A stretch of DNA of 63,939 bases, counting the filler, from Octopus bimaculoides (lineage: Eukaryota): the NCBI RefSeq assembly GCF_001194135.2. It is 8 parts of 7 records of this genome, joined end to end, with 100 filler letters (N's around TTAATTAATTAA, not from the genome) between each part and the next. Parts side by side here need not be neighbours in the genome. Positions count along the whole stretch, not along the records: positions 17,076 to 38,934 come from NC_068987.1; 7 more parts are not named here. One strand, 5' to 3'. Of the stretch, positions 24,270 to 36,214 are shown in pieces. Each line of letters starts with the position of its first letter. Position 1 is the first letter of the stretch. The notes under the pieces are model-generated. The model had not been told where the DNA came from and did not search any database. It saw only the letters and a program-made list of their open reading frames with translations. Both the position numbers and the translations under genes were made by a program.

Positions 24270-24590
24270 GTTGGCACAAGGTCGGCAATTTCGATTAGAG
24301 TGGTTAAGTCGATTGCATTGACCCCAGTACTCAACTTATTTTATCGATCCCCTAGAAGATGAAAGACAGTCAACTTGGATGGAATTTGAAGTCAGATCGT
24401 GAAGACGACTAAATGCCGCTAAGCACCCCGCATTCCGCATTCTGCATTCCGCATTCTGCATTCCGCATTCTGCATTCCGCATTCTGCATTCCGCATTCTG
24501 CAATCCGCATTCTGCAATCCGCATTCTGCATTCCGCATTCTGCAATCCGCATTCTGCATTCCGCATTCTGCATTCCGCCCGGCTCACTTA
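24270..24590 (-). mobile_element. SINE family B carrying an internal heptamer expansion
   Basis: Family B sequence flanks the array on both sides (CTAAGCA...GCCCGGC). Confidence 0.8.
24430..24576 (+). repeat. Minisatellite of 21 heptamers, alternating GCA(T/A)TCC and GCATTCT
   Basis: 147 bp counted directly from the sequence. Confidence 0.95.
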
Positions 24591-24957
24591 GTCGTAACTA
24601 AATATTGCAAGGTATTTTAACCACCACCTAATCATTTCTGCTCCAAAACCACAATTAGAAACATTTACAACGACCTTATATCTGGAACGTTCAATAAAAA
24701 TTTTCAAGGCTATAATTCTTCAGATCTTAAAGTACTTTCCGAATGTTGTTGTGGTTATTTAAGATTATATCATCAATTGCTCGAATAAGATATATGATGA
24801 AAGACATTGCAGCCTGATCATCACCGTAATATAATCCTTTTCCTCTTCTAAGACTGCAGGGTGTGAGTTGAGGAAGAAGTAGTTACAATGTTTTGCATGT
24901 CGACATCTCCGTCGTCGAACAACGACTGACAACGACACTTTCTATTGTAGCTGCGAC

Positions 24958-24959
24958 GA

Positions 24960-25012
<53 letters not shown>

Positions 25013-25022
25013 NNNNNNNNNN

Positions 25023-25083
<61 letters not shown>

Positions 25084-25235
25084 CAATCTTGATCATCATC
25101 ATCATCATCATCACAATATTGATCATCATCATCATCATTATCATGATTATCATCGTCGTCGCCATCAACATCATCATCGTCGTCGTCATCGACATCAACA
25201 TCTTCATCGTCATCATCACTATTATTCTCCTCTCC

Positions 25236-25271
<36 letters not shown>

Positions 25272-25376
25272 GTCACAATCTTGATCATCATCATGATTAT
25301 CATGATTATCATCGTCGTCGTCGACATCAACATCATCGTCATCATTATCATCACTATTATTCTCCTCTCCTTCTTT

Positions 25377-25446
<70 letters not shown>

Positions 25447-25500
25447 ACATCATCATCATCAACAACATCACCACCTTCGTTACTACAGCTACCACCACCA
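24958..25500 (+). repeat. Compound (CAT)n-rich array with higher-order subunits
   Basis: (CAT)n interspersed with CACAATCTTGAT, CATGATTAT, CGTCGT and TATTCTCCTCTCCTT blocks that recur. Confidence 0.9.
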
Positions 25501-26301
25501 ACATTCTCTAGTTCAGCATAGTCTTAGTATTCCTAATACTGAAAGACGGTCGCGCATTTTGAGATAAATCGATTTAAAAGCAATTCCACTTCATGAATGG
25601 TACTTTAATTTTNNNNNNNNNNNNNNNNNNNNNNNNNNNNNNNNNNNNNNNNNNNNNNNNNNNNNNNNNNNNNNNNNNNNNNNNNNNNNNNNNNNNNNNN
25701 NNNNNNNNNNNNNNNNNNNNNNNNNNNNNNNNNNNNNNNNNNNNNNNNNNNNNNNNNNNNNNNNNNNNNNNNNNNNNNNNNNNNNNNNNNNNNNNNNNNN
25801 NNNNNNNNNNNNNNNNNNNNNNNNNNNNNNNNNNNNNNNNNNNNNNNNNNNNNNNNNNNNNNNNNNNNNNNNNNNNNNNNNNNNNNNNNNNNNNNNNNNN
25901 NNNNNNNNNNNNNNNNNNNNNNNNNNNNNNNNNNNNNNNNNNNNNNNNNNNNNNNNNNNNNNNNNNNNNNNNNNNNNNNNNNNNNNNNNNNNNNNNNNNN
26001 NNNNNNNNNNNNNNNNNNNNNNNNNNNNNNNNNNNNNNNNNNNNNNNNNNNNNNNNNNNNNNNNNNNNNNNNNNNNNNNNNNNNNNNNNNNNNNNNNNNN
26101 NNNNNNNNNNNNNNNNNNNNNNNNNNNNNNNNNNNNNNNNNNNNNNNNNNNNNNNNNNNNNNNNNNNNNNNNNNNNNNNNNNNNNNNNNNNNNNNNNNNN
26201 NNNNNNNNNNNNNNNNNNNNNNNNNNNNNNNNNNNNNNNNNNNNNNNNNNNNNNNNNNNNNNNNNNNNNNNNNNNNNNNNNNNNNNNNNNNNNNNNNNNN
26301 N

Positions 26302-26321
<20 letters not shown>

Positions 26322-26349
<28 letters not shown>

Positions 26350-26523
26350 GTACATATATACGACAGGCTTCTTTCAGTTTCCGTCTACCAAATCCACTCA
26401 CAAGGCTTTGGTCGGCCCGAGGCTATAGTAGAAGACACTCGCCCATGGTTCCACGCAGTGGGAATGAACCCGGAACCATGTGGTTGGTAAGCAGGCTACT
26501 TACCACACAGCCACTCCTGCGCC
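26322..26523 (-). mobile_element. SINE family A, 5' half next to a gap
   Basis: (CA)n then CGACAGGCTTCTTTCAG...CACAGCCACTCCTGCGCC. Confidence 0.88.
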
Positions 26524-27096
26524 TTATGTATGTTTCCTCTTTTCCCTTTCGACCGTTGAATACTATTTTAGATCCCCAATTTACTAATTTGTTGTCTGGA
26601 TCCCCCAAAATCTTTCAACCTGCACACGTGAATGTGTGGAAAACAAAATACGAATTTTGAAAGAAGGTTCTATAAAACTAGGTTTTAAACATCGAATGGC
26701 TACGGGGGCCCACCAGAATAAAATACTAATCAATGGGGCTCATAGATAAATAATGGTTGAGAACCCTTGGAGTAGAAGGGGATATGGCTGCTATTTCTTG
26801 CATGCTGACACTTCCGTCATTTAACAACGACTACCATAACACTTTCATCTGTAGCAGCGATGGCATCGTTATCATAATTGTTATCGTTATCATCGTTGTA
26901 GTGTTGATGGTGGTGGTCGTTGTCATCGTCAGTATCATCATCATTCCCCGTCGTCACCGTCGTCGTCGTTATCACCATCATCATCATCATCACCATCATC
27001 ACTACCAAGATTCCACCACCACCACCACCACCACCACCACCATCATTTGTTCAAATCCCATAGAATCCTTCTCAAATCATGGCTATGATGCTTCCC

Positions 27097-27209
27097 CAGA
27101 GATGCCTATATATGCTCAGATGCCTATATGTGCTCAGAGATGCCTATATGTGCTCAGAGATGCCTATATGTGCTCAGAGATGCCCATATGGGCTCAGAGA
27201 TGCCTATAT
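27097..27209 (+). repeat. 20-bp minisatellite CAGAGATGCCTATATGTGCT, about 5.7 copies
   Basis: Direct tandem units with no spacers; one unit is 18 bp. Confidence 0.92.
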
Positions 27210-27449
27210 TGTCAGCTATTAAGGGGCATGGTCAAGTGATTAAGGTCAGGCAACTGATAAACAAATCTGTTGTATTGAGCAGAATATTTGCTTTAACAAT
27301 ATTTCTGTTTCAGCAGCTCAGCGCTGAATCTGAAATATAACAGAAAATAGATCAGTTTCAAAACATTGATGTTCAGATTACAAATGCACTCTGAAGGGTA
27401 CAGTAGTCAGTTCCTTTGATTTCTAGATAAAAGAAAATACGAAATAACA

Positions 27450-27671
27450 CTTACTCTTTTACTCTCTTTTACTCTTTTACTTGTTTCAGTCATTTGACTG
27501 CGGACATGCTGGAGCACCGCCTTTAGTCGAGCAAATCGACCCCAAGACTTATTCTTTGTAAGCCTAGTACTTATTCTATCGGTCTCTTTTGCCAAACCGC
27601 TAAGTTACGGGGACGTAAATACACCAGCATCGGTTGTCAAGCGATGGTGAGGGAAAAACACAGATACACAA

Positions 27672-27709
<38 letters not shown>

Positions 27710-27897
27710 NNNNNNNNNNATATACATATACACAACAAGCTTCTTTCAGTTTCCGTCTACCAAATCCACTCACAAGGCTTTGGTCAGCCCGAGGCTATAG
27801 TAGAAGACACTTGCCCAAGGTGTCACGCAGTGGGACTAAACCCAGAACCATATGGTTGGTAAGCAAGCTACGTAGCACACAGCCACTCCTGCGCCTA
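27450..27897 (-). mobile_element. SINE family A, full copy
   Basis: Both halves present, with a short gap in the (TA)n centre. Confidence 0.92.
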
Positions 27898-28421
27898 TGA
27901 CAAAAGACAAAAAAAAAAGCACAAAAAATTTTGTGACGCAATGTTTTCACCAGTGTCTTAGTCGTCGTTGTCGGCATTATCAACATCATCGTTGTCTTCG
28001 TCACCACCAGCAGCACCCCCCCGCCGCCGCCGCCACCACCACAACCACCACTGCCACCGTCTTCTGGTTCCTCATAGTTTAGTAGATTTAATACTGAAGA
28101 AAGGTCACACAATTCGGGAGAAGAAACAAACTAGTAAAATTGATGCCATCTTATAAATGATTTTTTATTTCATCGAGGGACGGAAAGTAACCTGAACCTG
28201 AGCTTGATTTCAATTCAGAACATAACCAGTTGTAACTAAATATTGTGAAGCATTTTAAACCACAACGATACTAAAGCCAAATCTGGAAACTTCAGAAAGA
28301 ATTTCGAAAGCGATATCTCATCAGATCTTTGAGTTCTTTAGGTTTTCAGAGTGCTGAAGAGTTTACAGCTGTTGTTACTTAAGATAATGACTACATTGCT
28401 ATCATCATCATCATCATCAAT

Positions 28422-28472
<51 letters not shown>

Positions 28473-28733
28473 GTCATCGTCTCCGTTTTGGTCGTCGCCT
28501 TCACATCACCATTATCACAACCATTTCAAAAACACCACCGACACCACTACCAACAACAATAAACAACTACAACAACACCAACAACAACATTATCTGATTC
28601 AGCATGGTTTAGCAGTCCTAATTAAAAGGCCCTTCACAAAATGCAGCAAGCAGTTTTCTGCCATTCATTCTACACGAAGGGCTAGGATACAACTATGTGA
28701 GCATTGAGGGACAAACAAAGACACGAGCGCACG

Positions 28734-28830
<97 letters not shown>

Positions 28831-30361
28831 CCTAAATAGCAACGTGAAAAGGAAAAGTTAATTTACCGTTATATATTTTAGCCGAAGTTTGAGCTTAAGT
28901 AGAATCTGCTATTCACCAATCAAAATGTCAAGATTTACATAAACTCACATTTCTAAGACGTTCCCTTCTGACGATAGTTCTTTGTGCCCGAATATAATGA
29001 TTAATCCCGTTTCACATTGTTAGACGCTACCTCTCTTCATTATTTGTTATTTTACTTCTTTATCACAATGCTTTAACCAAACTATAATGAGTTTACTTCA
29101 CATGTATATACATACGTATATATATATTTATACACACATATAAACACACACACAAACGTACACACATATATACATATAGGTTTGTATATGTATATATATA
29201 CAAATATTCACATATACATATACATATAGGCATATGAAGAATTTGAATTAATCACAGTAGGTTATTTTCCTAAGCTAGAAGCATTTTTTATTTTGACTAT
29301 TTTTATTCATAAAATGGTTTACAATAGAGATTCGCAGAGTGTTTTTGTTTTGTTTTGGCAATTTGAGAACGTGAATTTATGTCGCTATATAAATATAATA
29401 AAAAAAGAAATACATAGCATAAGAATCAAATTATATATACAATCTATATTGGTTTCCTTATTGGAAGAATTCTATGGAAGATGATTGAATTACATTTGAA
29501 ATTTAGAATAAGCAAATTATAATTTGAAAACAAACCTTAAAAGAAAAAGAAATGAGCAAATATGTTAAGTGAAACGATAAAGTAGAGCAAGGTTCGATAT
29601 CGACAAGTATGTGTACTTTTGTATTCCCCCACTGTCCATGAAAGACAGCTTGTTATATTACAATATTATTGAAACTAAATAACCATATTTGTTGTACGAT
29701 ATCTGCTCGCTCATCAATTTCATCTGCCTCAATGACAGTGGCAAGATAAAAGCTACAACAAAGGGACAACGAAAATACATAACAAAATAACCTACGTAAA
29801 AATACCACAAGAATATAAAATACTGCAATCAATTCTTAACTTTAGCAGTCAATCAACGATAGCTCAATTAGTTGAAAGAATCTAAATTTCAGTATTCATT
29901 AATGCATGCGCATGAAACCATCAATAATATCCACAATACAATAAACACGCCGTTATTCACTCACTTACAAAATAATGAAGACAAAATGCCATCGAATAAC
30001 AATATCTGATTGCCAACCAGACCTATCTACTCATTAAGCTATAATGTAATTCATATTACTCCATTTCAATGTCTACTATAAATAGACTTGAGGTAAAAAC
30101 AACAACACTTCGCTTTGTTTGTTTAAATAAGAAACTGTTATTACAAAACTTCAACTCGTTCAAAATATGTTGCACCGAGCTAAAAACTTATACTAGTATT
30201 TAATTTTGTTTCTAAGACATCGATAAATCAATCACCAATTACAGAATTCAGTTAGTGTTAGCTGTTTGTTACATGTGAATTAGCTAATTTTGGTAGAAAT
30301 ACTCATAATGTATGGGAATAAAAACACAAACGATACAATATTAATCATTCGATAATATTTT

Positions 30362-30565
30362 GAGCTGGCAGAATCTTAGCATGCCGGGCAAAATGCTTAG
30401 CGGCATTTCGTTCGTCTGTACGTTCTGAGTTCAAATTCTGCCGAATTCGACTTTGCATTCATCCTTTCACCGTCGAGAATATCACTACCAGTTGAACACT
30501 AGAGTCGATGTAATTGACTTACCCCATCCATCGAAACTGTTGGCCTTGTGCCAAAAATTTGAAAC
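30362..30565 (+). mobile_element. SINE family B
   Basis: GAGCTGGCAGAATC...TTCTGAGTTCAAATT...CCTTGTGCCAAAA. Confidence 0.82.
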
Positions 30566-30774
30566 CTATATTTTGATTCTTACGGCAAGTAAAAGATACG
30601 AACGTAGAATGTTTCGGCTTCATTATGCGACACTCCTCAGCGAGTAAACAACCATAGTTTAGTCTATCCTTAATAGTATATTATCCATGCAGAAGGCACC
30701 CACGGGGAAATTTTTCCATATCAGCTATACAAAACATACATGCTTACATACATACATATACATACATACACACA

Positions 30775-30808
<34 letters not shown>

Positions 30809-30829
30809 CACATACAATCACACATATAT

Positions 30830-31353
30830 CTGGTTTGAGAAATATTTTGTGGGGTCGTGACTTTTAAGTCCACACTGATCTCTCCCATTGACATGTCATC
30901 ATTCATCACTGCAGCTCTCACTACTCGTCCATGTTACGTCAAAAGGGCAACGCTGTGCCAAGACTTCATATCACTGGCAATGCCTCTCATGGTTACCTTC
31001 ATGTTGTGTTGACCTATGTACAGCTGTACATGGGCAGGTGTGACGCTTACCAATTCAGCATACTTCTTGGCTCCGTCCCCATTCCCCAAAATGAAACAGG
31101 AATTACTCGTGTTATCTCGTTCAATAGACAAAGTATTCTTCCGCTCATCAGTTAGTGCCGGTTATATTTCCTCTTTAGAAAGCACAAAAGCGTATAAGTG
31201 TACCAACTTTCTCTTTTCTTGTTCTGGGAGAAAACCTTGTGGGTAAGGAGAGAGAGAGCTATTGTGAAATACAATTCTGCCAAACTTGCGTCTCCAACAG
31301 AGACCTACCCAAGTCCCTGAATCTCTTTGTCTGAATACAATGTTCGCAAACAT
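30830..31353 (-). pseudogene. Decayed coding remnant, possibly L1/Tx1-type ORF1
   Basis: About 170 codons in one frame with two stops; KVTMRGIASDMK...LT*HGRV loosely resembles LINE ORF1 RRM regions. Not a firm match. Confidence 0.3.
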
Positions 31354-31782
31354 ATATGTGTAAAGCTCTTAGTTGCTCTTGTTGTCATAGTTACTGTTAT
31401 TGTTGCACGAATCTTCAAAGTAGCTCTTATTTGTGTCAGAGACACTAGATACATCATTATTTAAAAAAATACTCTATTTGAATTTATAATCATTCCTCTT
31501 TTTATGCGTTGTCTATGTAAATGTTTTTGCTTGCTAAAAGCGTTTATCTTTGTTTTTATTATTTTATTGCCATGTTATAAAAGAAACGATAGAAATTTAA
31601 TAAAGTGAAGATAAGTAATCTTAAAAAGTGTCTTCACGCCAAAGGAGTCCCCCAAGTTAAATTACTAAATATCTTTGGCTACAACTGTAGCTAAATTAAA
31701 TTAGAAAACTTATCCGCTATTAAATCACACTTAAAATTTAAAACTACTGAGCTGAAAGTACAATTTTGGCTCGAGAAGCTAA

Positions 31783-31867
<85 letters not shown>

Positions 31868-31870
<3 letters not shown>

Positions 31871-33288
31871 GAGTTCGGACTGAGAAAGTGTGGTGTGTTA
31901 GTACTGAAGAGAGGCAAAATAAAATGTATGGACGGACTAACGATACCGTCGGGGGAGGTTATGAAGCAGATAGAAGAGACGGACTATAAGTACTTGGGGA
32001 TTTTGGAAATGGATAAATTAATGGAGAAAGAAATGACAAAAAAATTTAAGGTGGAGTACTTACGCAGACTGAGACTGATCCTTAAGTCGAAATTAAACGG
32101 AAGGAATAAGATCGAAGCTATCAACACCTGGGCGATTTCGCTCCTTAGATATGGAGCAGGGGTAATCGCATGGACAGTAGACGAACTAAACAGCTTAGAC
32201 AGAACGACAAGGAAGTTGCTAACTAGATATGGGTCACTCCACCCAAAAAGTGACACAGACAGACTGCATGTACCAATAAAAAGTGGAGGAAGATGACTTA
32301 TTGGATGCTAACACAGCATTAGAGCAGAAGAAAACAACATAGCATGGTATGTAAAAATGCCACAGAGCTGCTAATATTAGAAGTAGGAGGGTCAGGATTG
32401 TGTAGGATGAAAGATTGGAAAGATAAAGCACTATACAAGAAATTGAAAACGAATGAAACTGAAAATAGGTGGGTAAAGAAAAGAATGCATGGAAAATTTC
32501 ATAGGGATGTTGAATATAAGACAGACAGAGAAAAAAGATGGCTGTGGATGACTAAAAGTGATTTAAAACCGGAAACGGAGAGCAAGCACTAAAAACAAAC
32601 TACATAAAATACAGAATAGACCACACAGCAGAAGGTGATAAGTGCAGAATCTATGGACAAAACGGTGAAACAGTATGACATATTACCAGCCAATGTACGC
32701 CACTAGCTCAGAAGGAATATAAGAGACGCCACGACAATATTGCCAGGCTTGTCTATTGGACACTTTGCAACAAGTATGGACTTGACAGAGCAAAAAATTG
32801 GTACGACTGCAAAACTGAAGGCATTGTCGAAAATAGAAATGCAAAGATCCTATGGGATTTTATGATCCAGTGCGACCATGAGATAGAGAATAGGAAGACG
32901 GACATAGTCTTAATTGAGAAAGAAAACAAACTATACTGGATCATAGATATAACATGCCCAGCTGACAACAAGGTATGCAATAAGGAAGAAAGAAAAGTCG
33001 AGAAATATGACAGGTTAGCTTGGGAAGTTAAGCAGTTGTGGTCGATGAAAAGGTAGCAGTAGTACCAATAATTGTCGGAGCCCTGGGAACAGTGAGCAAA
33101 AATCTCGAAAAGTACGTGTAACAAATAGGGGCTGCATTAAGGGTGGAGCACTTGCAGAAAACAGCACTGCTTAGAACCGCACGAATAATCCGGAAGGCGC
33201 TCGAAAAATAAGAGGTTTTACCTTAGTTCACTGGTAGTGAACAGCTGACACTGTAGTACATCTCCAGCGTTAGAAGCTGTGCAAAGGC
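31868..33288 (+). mobile_element. 5'-truncated R4/Dong-clade RLE non-LTR retrotransposon
   Basis: MEFGLRKC, YKYLG, GAGVIAW, decayed CCHC knuckle (CRIYG...HITSQC), RRHDN, RKTDIV...IIDITCP and PIIVGALG; stop at 33209-33211 and about 77-bp UTR. (TAA)n at 31783-31869 and a (GAT)n(TAA)n tail to 33370. Confidence 0.93.
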
Positions 33289-33325
33289 AATAATAAAAAT
33301 GATGATGATGATGATGATGATGATG

Positions 33326-33369
<44 letters not shown>

Positions 33370-33785
33370 TTCTTTATTCGCCAACAAAGGCTGAAAGAGT
33401 ACAAAAGTACGAAGGAACATTAACAAGGTGTGTTAATGAGAAAACGTGTGGGGTGGTCGAACATAATAGCAACAAAAACACCAATGGAAGATAAATTCAA
33501 CTTCAGAAAATTGAATTATTCCGTTTTTATTATTATAATCATTGCAGACCCGCGAGCACTTGCATGCATGTGCACACACACGCATGTAGTGTACATTGGG
33601 TAAGACGTACTTTAACGGCAAGTCAATCTGTTTTGTGAGTTGCACGGTTGATTTGTATACGTATACAATATTGGGAATATATACTGTCTACACTTAATTA
33701 CTGATACACACTAATTATATTGCAGGAAATACTATAAACATCAAATCAATTATAGAAAAACATATTTCATACAATTATTTGATAT

Positions 33786-34205
33786 TCATTGGAACCAGGC
33801 AAAGACGGTGGATGTTATCAATCGGCGTGAATCATCGTCAAGCAAACGCCATCTCGAAAGGAATCCAGTCAACAGTCGAGAAAGCCAGCCATTGGGGTAT
33901 GACTGAAAAGGCATGATGAAACCTTGTGGGAGAAGTGATATATAGGTATGAGGAACGTACTTATTTACCGATATGGCAAGTCAGACGTGCATGGACAATC
34001 CTGAGATCAAGGACTTGAGAGTCGATCGAATAGGCGGGCCCTCACATCAGTGAGATGTGGTGGGAGCGATACACTGTAAAACCATCGAGAGAAAGGCCCC
34101 GAAACGATGCGCATTCTGTCTTGATATGCCTTGAAACCTACTGGCGTCTGGTACGCGGATCTTTTGATTGACAGCATTAAGCACAAGTAAGCTGTTTTCA
34201 AGTTT
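33786..34205 (+). mobile_element. HERO-clade LINE 3' end
   Basis: FIGTRQRRWMLSIG...IQSTVEKASHW(fs)V*LKRHDETLWEK*; the 3'UTR is homologous to the opposing copy. Confidence 0.8.
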
Positions 34206-34269
34206 CTTTGCAAAGAAAACCCACTCTAATTCTGTACATTGTTAGTTTCATTTATCTGCCATATGTCTT

Positions 34270-34900
34270 GCAAACAACTCGCACATGCAAGTGCTACCAG
34301 TCACGAACACCGCATGCCGGAAGCCAGCAAGTGTATGGGGTCATCAGGAGAGAATGCGCGCCGCTTCGGGGCCTACCTCTCGACGGCATCAATGTGCACC
34401 GGCCTCCCCTCACTGATATGAGGCCCCGCTTGCTAGATCAACTAGTTATTAAAAACAAAGCTCAATATTTCTCTAGCCATCGCTCATCGTCTCTTTTTAA
34501 CCAAATCCAGTGGCTAGCCTTCTCCACTGAATTTTAGATATCGGTCATGGTGGTATTTACCTTACGATGAGTTAGGCCTAACGATAACAGCAGTCGTCTC
34601 ACACTGTGTCCTACAAAACCTCTACATCCAACTTCGATTGGGAAATGCTCCGCTTTCCAGCCTGCGTCTTCACATTTCTCGAGGAGGTTTACATAACGGT
34701 CCATCTTTCGAGCCCGCGCGGCGTCCATATTATCTTCATGAGGAACCGTTAACTCGACTAGATTTACAACTTTCCTTCTTTCACACCACATTAAAATGTC
34801 AGGTTTTTCCGTAACTGGGATGGGAAAGAATGCCTGGCACCCAGGCAAGTCTGCAGTCACTTCCCAATTGTTGTTCCACGAGTTTGATGTATGAAGGTGA
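34270..34900 (-). mobile_element. HERO-clade LINE RLE domain plus 3'UTR
   Basis: ORF 34534-34929: KPDILMW, VELTVPHEDNMDAARARKMDRY, FPIEVGCRGFVG, continuing past a stop as NSVEKASHWIWLKRDDERWLEKY*. Confidence 0.9.
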
Positions 34901-35544
34901 GAATAGAGAAAGAAGCGATAAGTTTTCATTCTAACTCGGTAAAGCTCTGATGTTCCTGCGGAATAAGAATCACTAATGAGTAAACCACATTTTCACTACA
35001 TCCTCAAAATTTGTATCTTCCTTGACTCGCACACGCTTTTTGCCTCAAAAGCTGAAAAATGCAAGTCATTGCATTTCAAAGCAAAGGCAACGTTCTTACC
35101 GGTTGTCTAGTTTATATCCAAAATCTTTTTACTTGGCAAACTATACTTTTTACAAACTCTCGTTAGGGTAGATGCAGCTTCTGTTTCATAATTCTCATCA
35201 CATGTTTCTTAGGATTATTACTCTCCATTGAAGCCAACACTGAAGGATGCCTCAACACTGAAATATTTACGAAATTTGCTGGCCAATATAGCACTAATAT
35301 TCAAAATTGGTGTCTGTCGCCTAAAACTTCCACAGTTAGCTTGAACTTTCACTAAACTTAGCCACTAAACTTAGATTTTGTTTGGTTTTTTTCCGTTACT
35401 AAGTTTAACGGGGTAGGTTTTAAAGAGACTTCTCCCCCTCACTTTTCTCTATCTCTTTCTTTGTAAATATACATGTGTATGTATATGTATGTATTCATGC
35501 ATGCACACATATATTTGTGCGCATGTGAACATGCATGTGTGTGC

Positions 35545-35612
<68 letters not shown>

Positions 35613-36214
35613 TAGTACTAGTAGTAGTAGTAGTAGTTGTTGTCGTCGTTGTTGTTATTGTTGTAGAGAAAGTGCGAATGCGGAGCGGAATCAGAATCAG
35701 TTGTTAAAGATATACAATAGTTCCACGAGAAGGATAACTTTCTAAAGAATTCTCTATTTAGTTCTATCGTTGTCAAAGAAACATAGAGATGAGAAGTATT
35801 ATCGATTCAGCCAATCTATCTCAGTAAATCTCTTCTCGACAAAGAGTGGAGTTTGGAAATAGGAACGTTGTCTTCAAGTTAAATCTTATTGTTTTAAACA
35901 GAAGTGATACAGTGAATAACATTCTGACCATAGCCATCCCATTTTTGTGTATTTCTCAAAGGCGGAATAGTTACGACCGGAATGTCTTTTGGATGTATTT
36001 CCGCTTGATTAGTGTCTCCAAGCGTTTAAAAAGGAACAAACAACAACAACCACAAAAACTACAAGTGCAACGAGGTAGTAGTAACGACAATAAAGACAAC
36101 AGCAACAACAAAATGACGATAACAGAAGTAGCAGCAGTAACAGCAACAGCGGTAGAAATGACTACAGCAGCAGCAGCAGTAGCAACAACAGCAACGACAA
36201 CAACAGCAGCAGTT

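Noticed and set aside
24336-24601. Repetitive peptides MRNAEC/PHSAF
   Set aside because: Products of the heptamer minisatellite inside a SINE.
24893-25567. 224-aa poly-His ORF (cephalopods do have His-rich beak proteins)
   Set aside because: It is the translation of a (CAT)n array, with a non-ATG start, no signal peptide or Gly/His repeat pattern and a gap inside; the other frames give poly-Ile and poly-Met equally well.
27097-27209. Possible CRISPR-like repeat
   Set aside because: Contiguous 20-bp units without spacers, no cas genes, eukaryotic context.
34337-34390. Canonical hammerhead ribozyme in the HERO 3'UTR; also TTGATGAAGG...GCAAAC near 20295-20325
   Set aside because: Stem II cannot form (CCCC opposite CCCC) and the UH cleavage site is missing; the 20295 candidate has core mismatches.
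34940-35060. Possible pogo/CENP-B HTH remnant (KKRVRVKEDTNFEDVVKMWF, minus)
   Set aside because: Similarity too short and weak to support a call.
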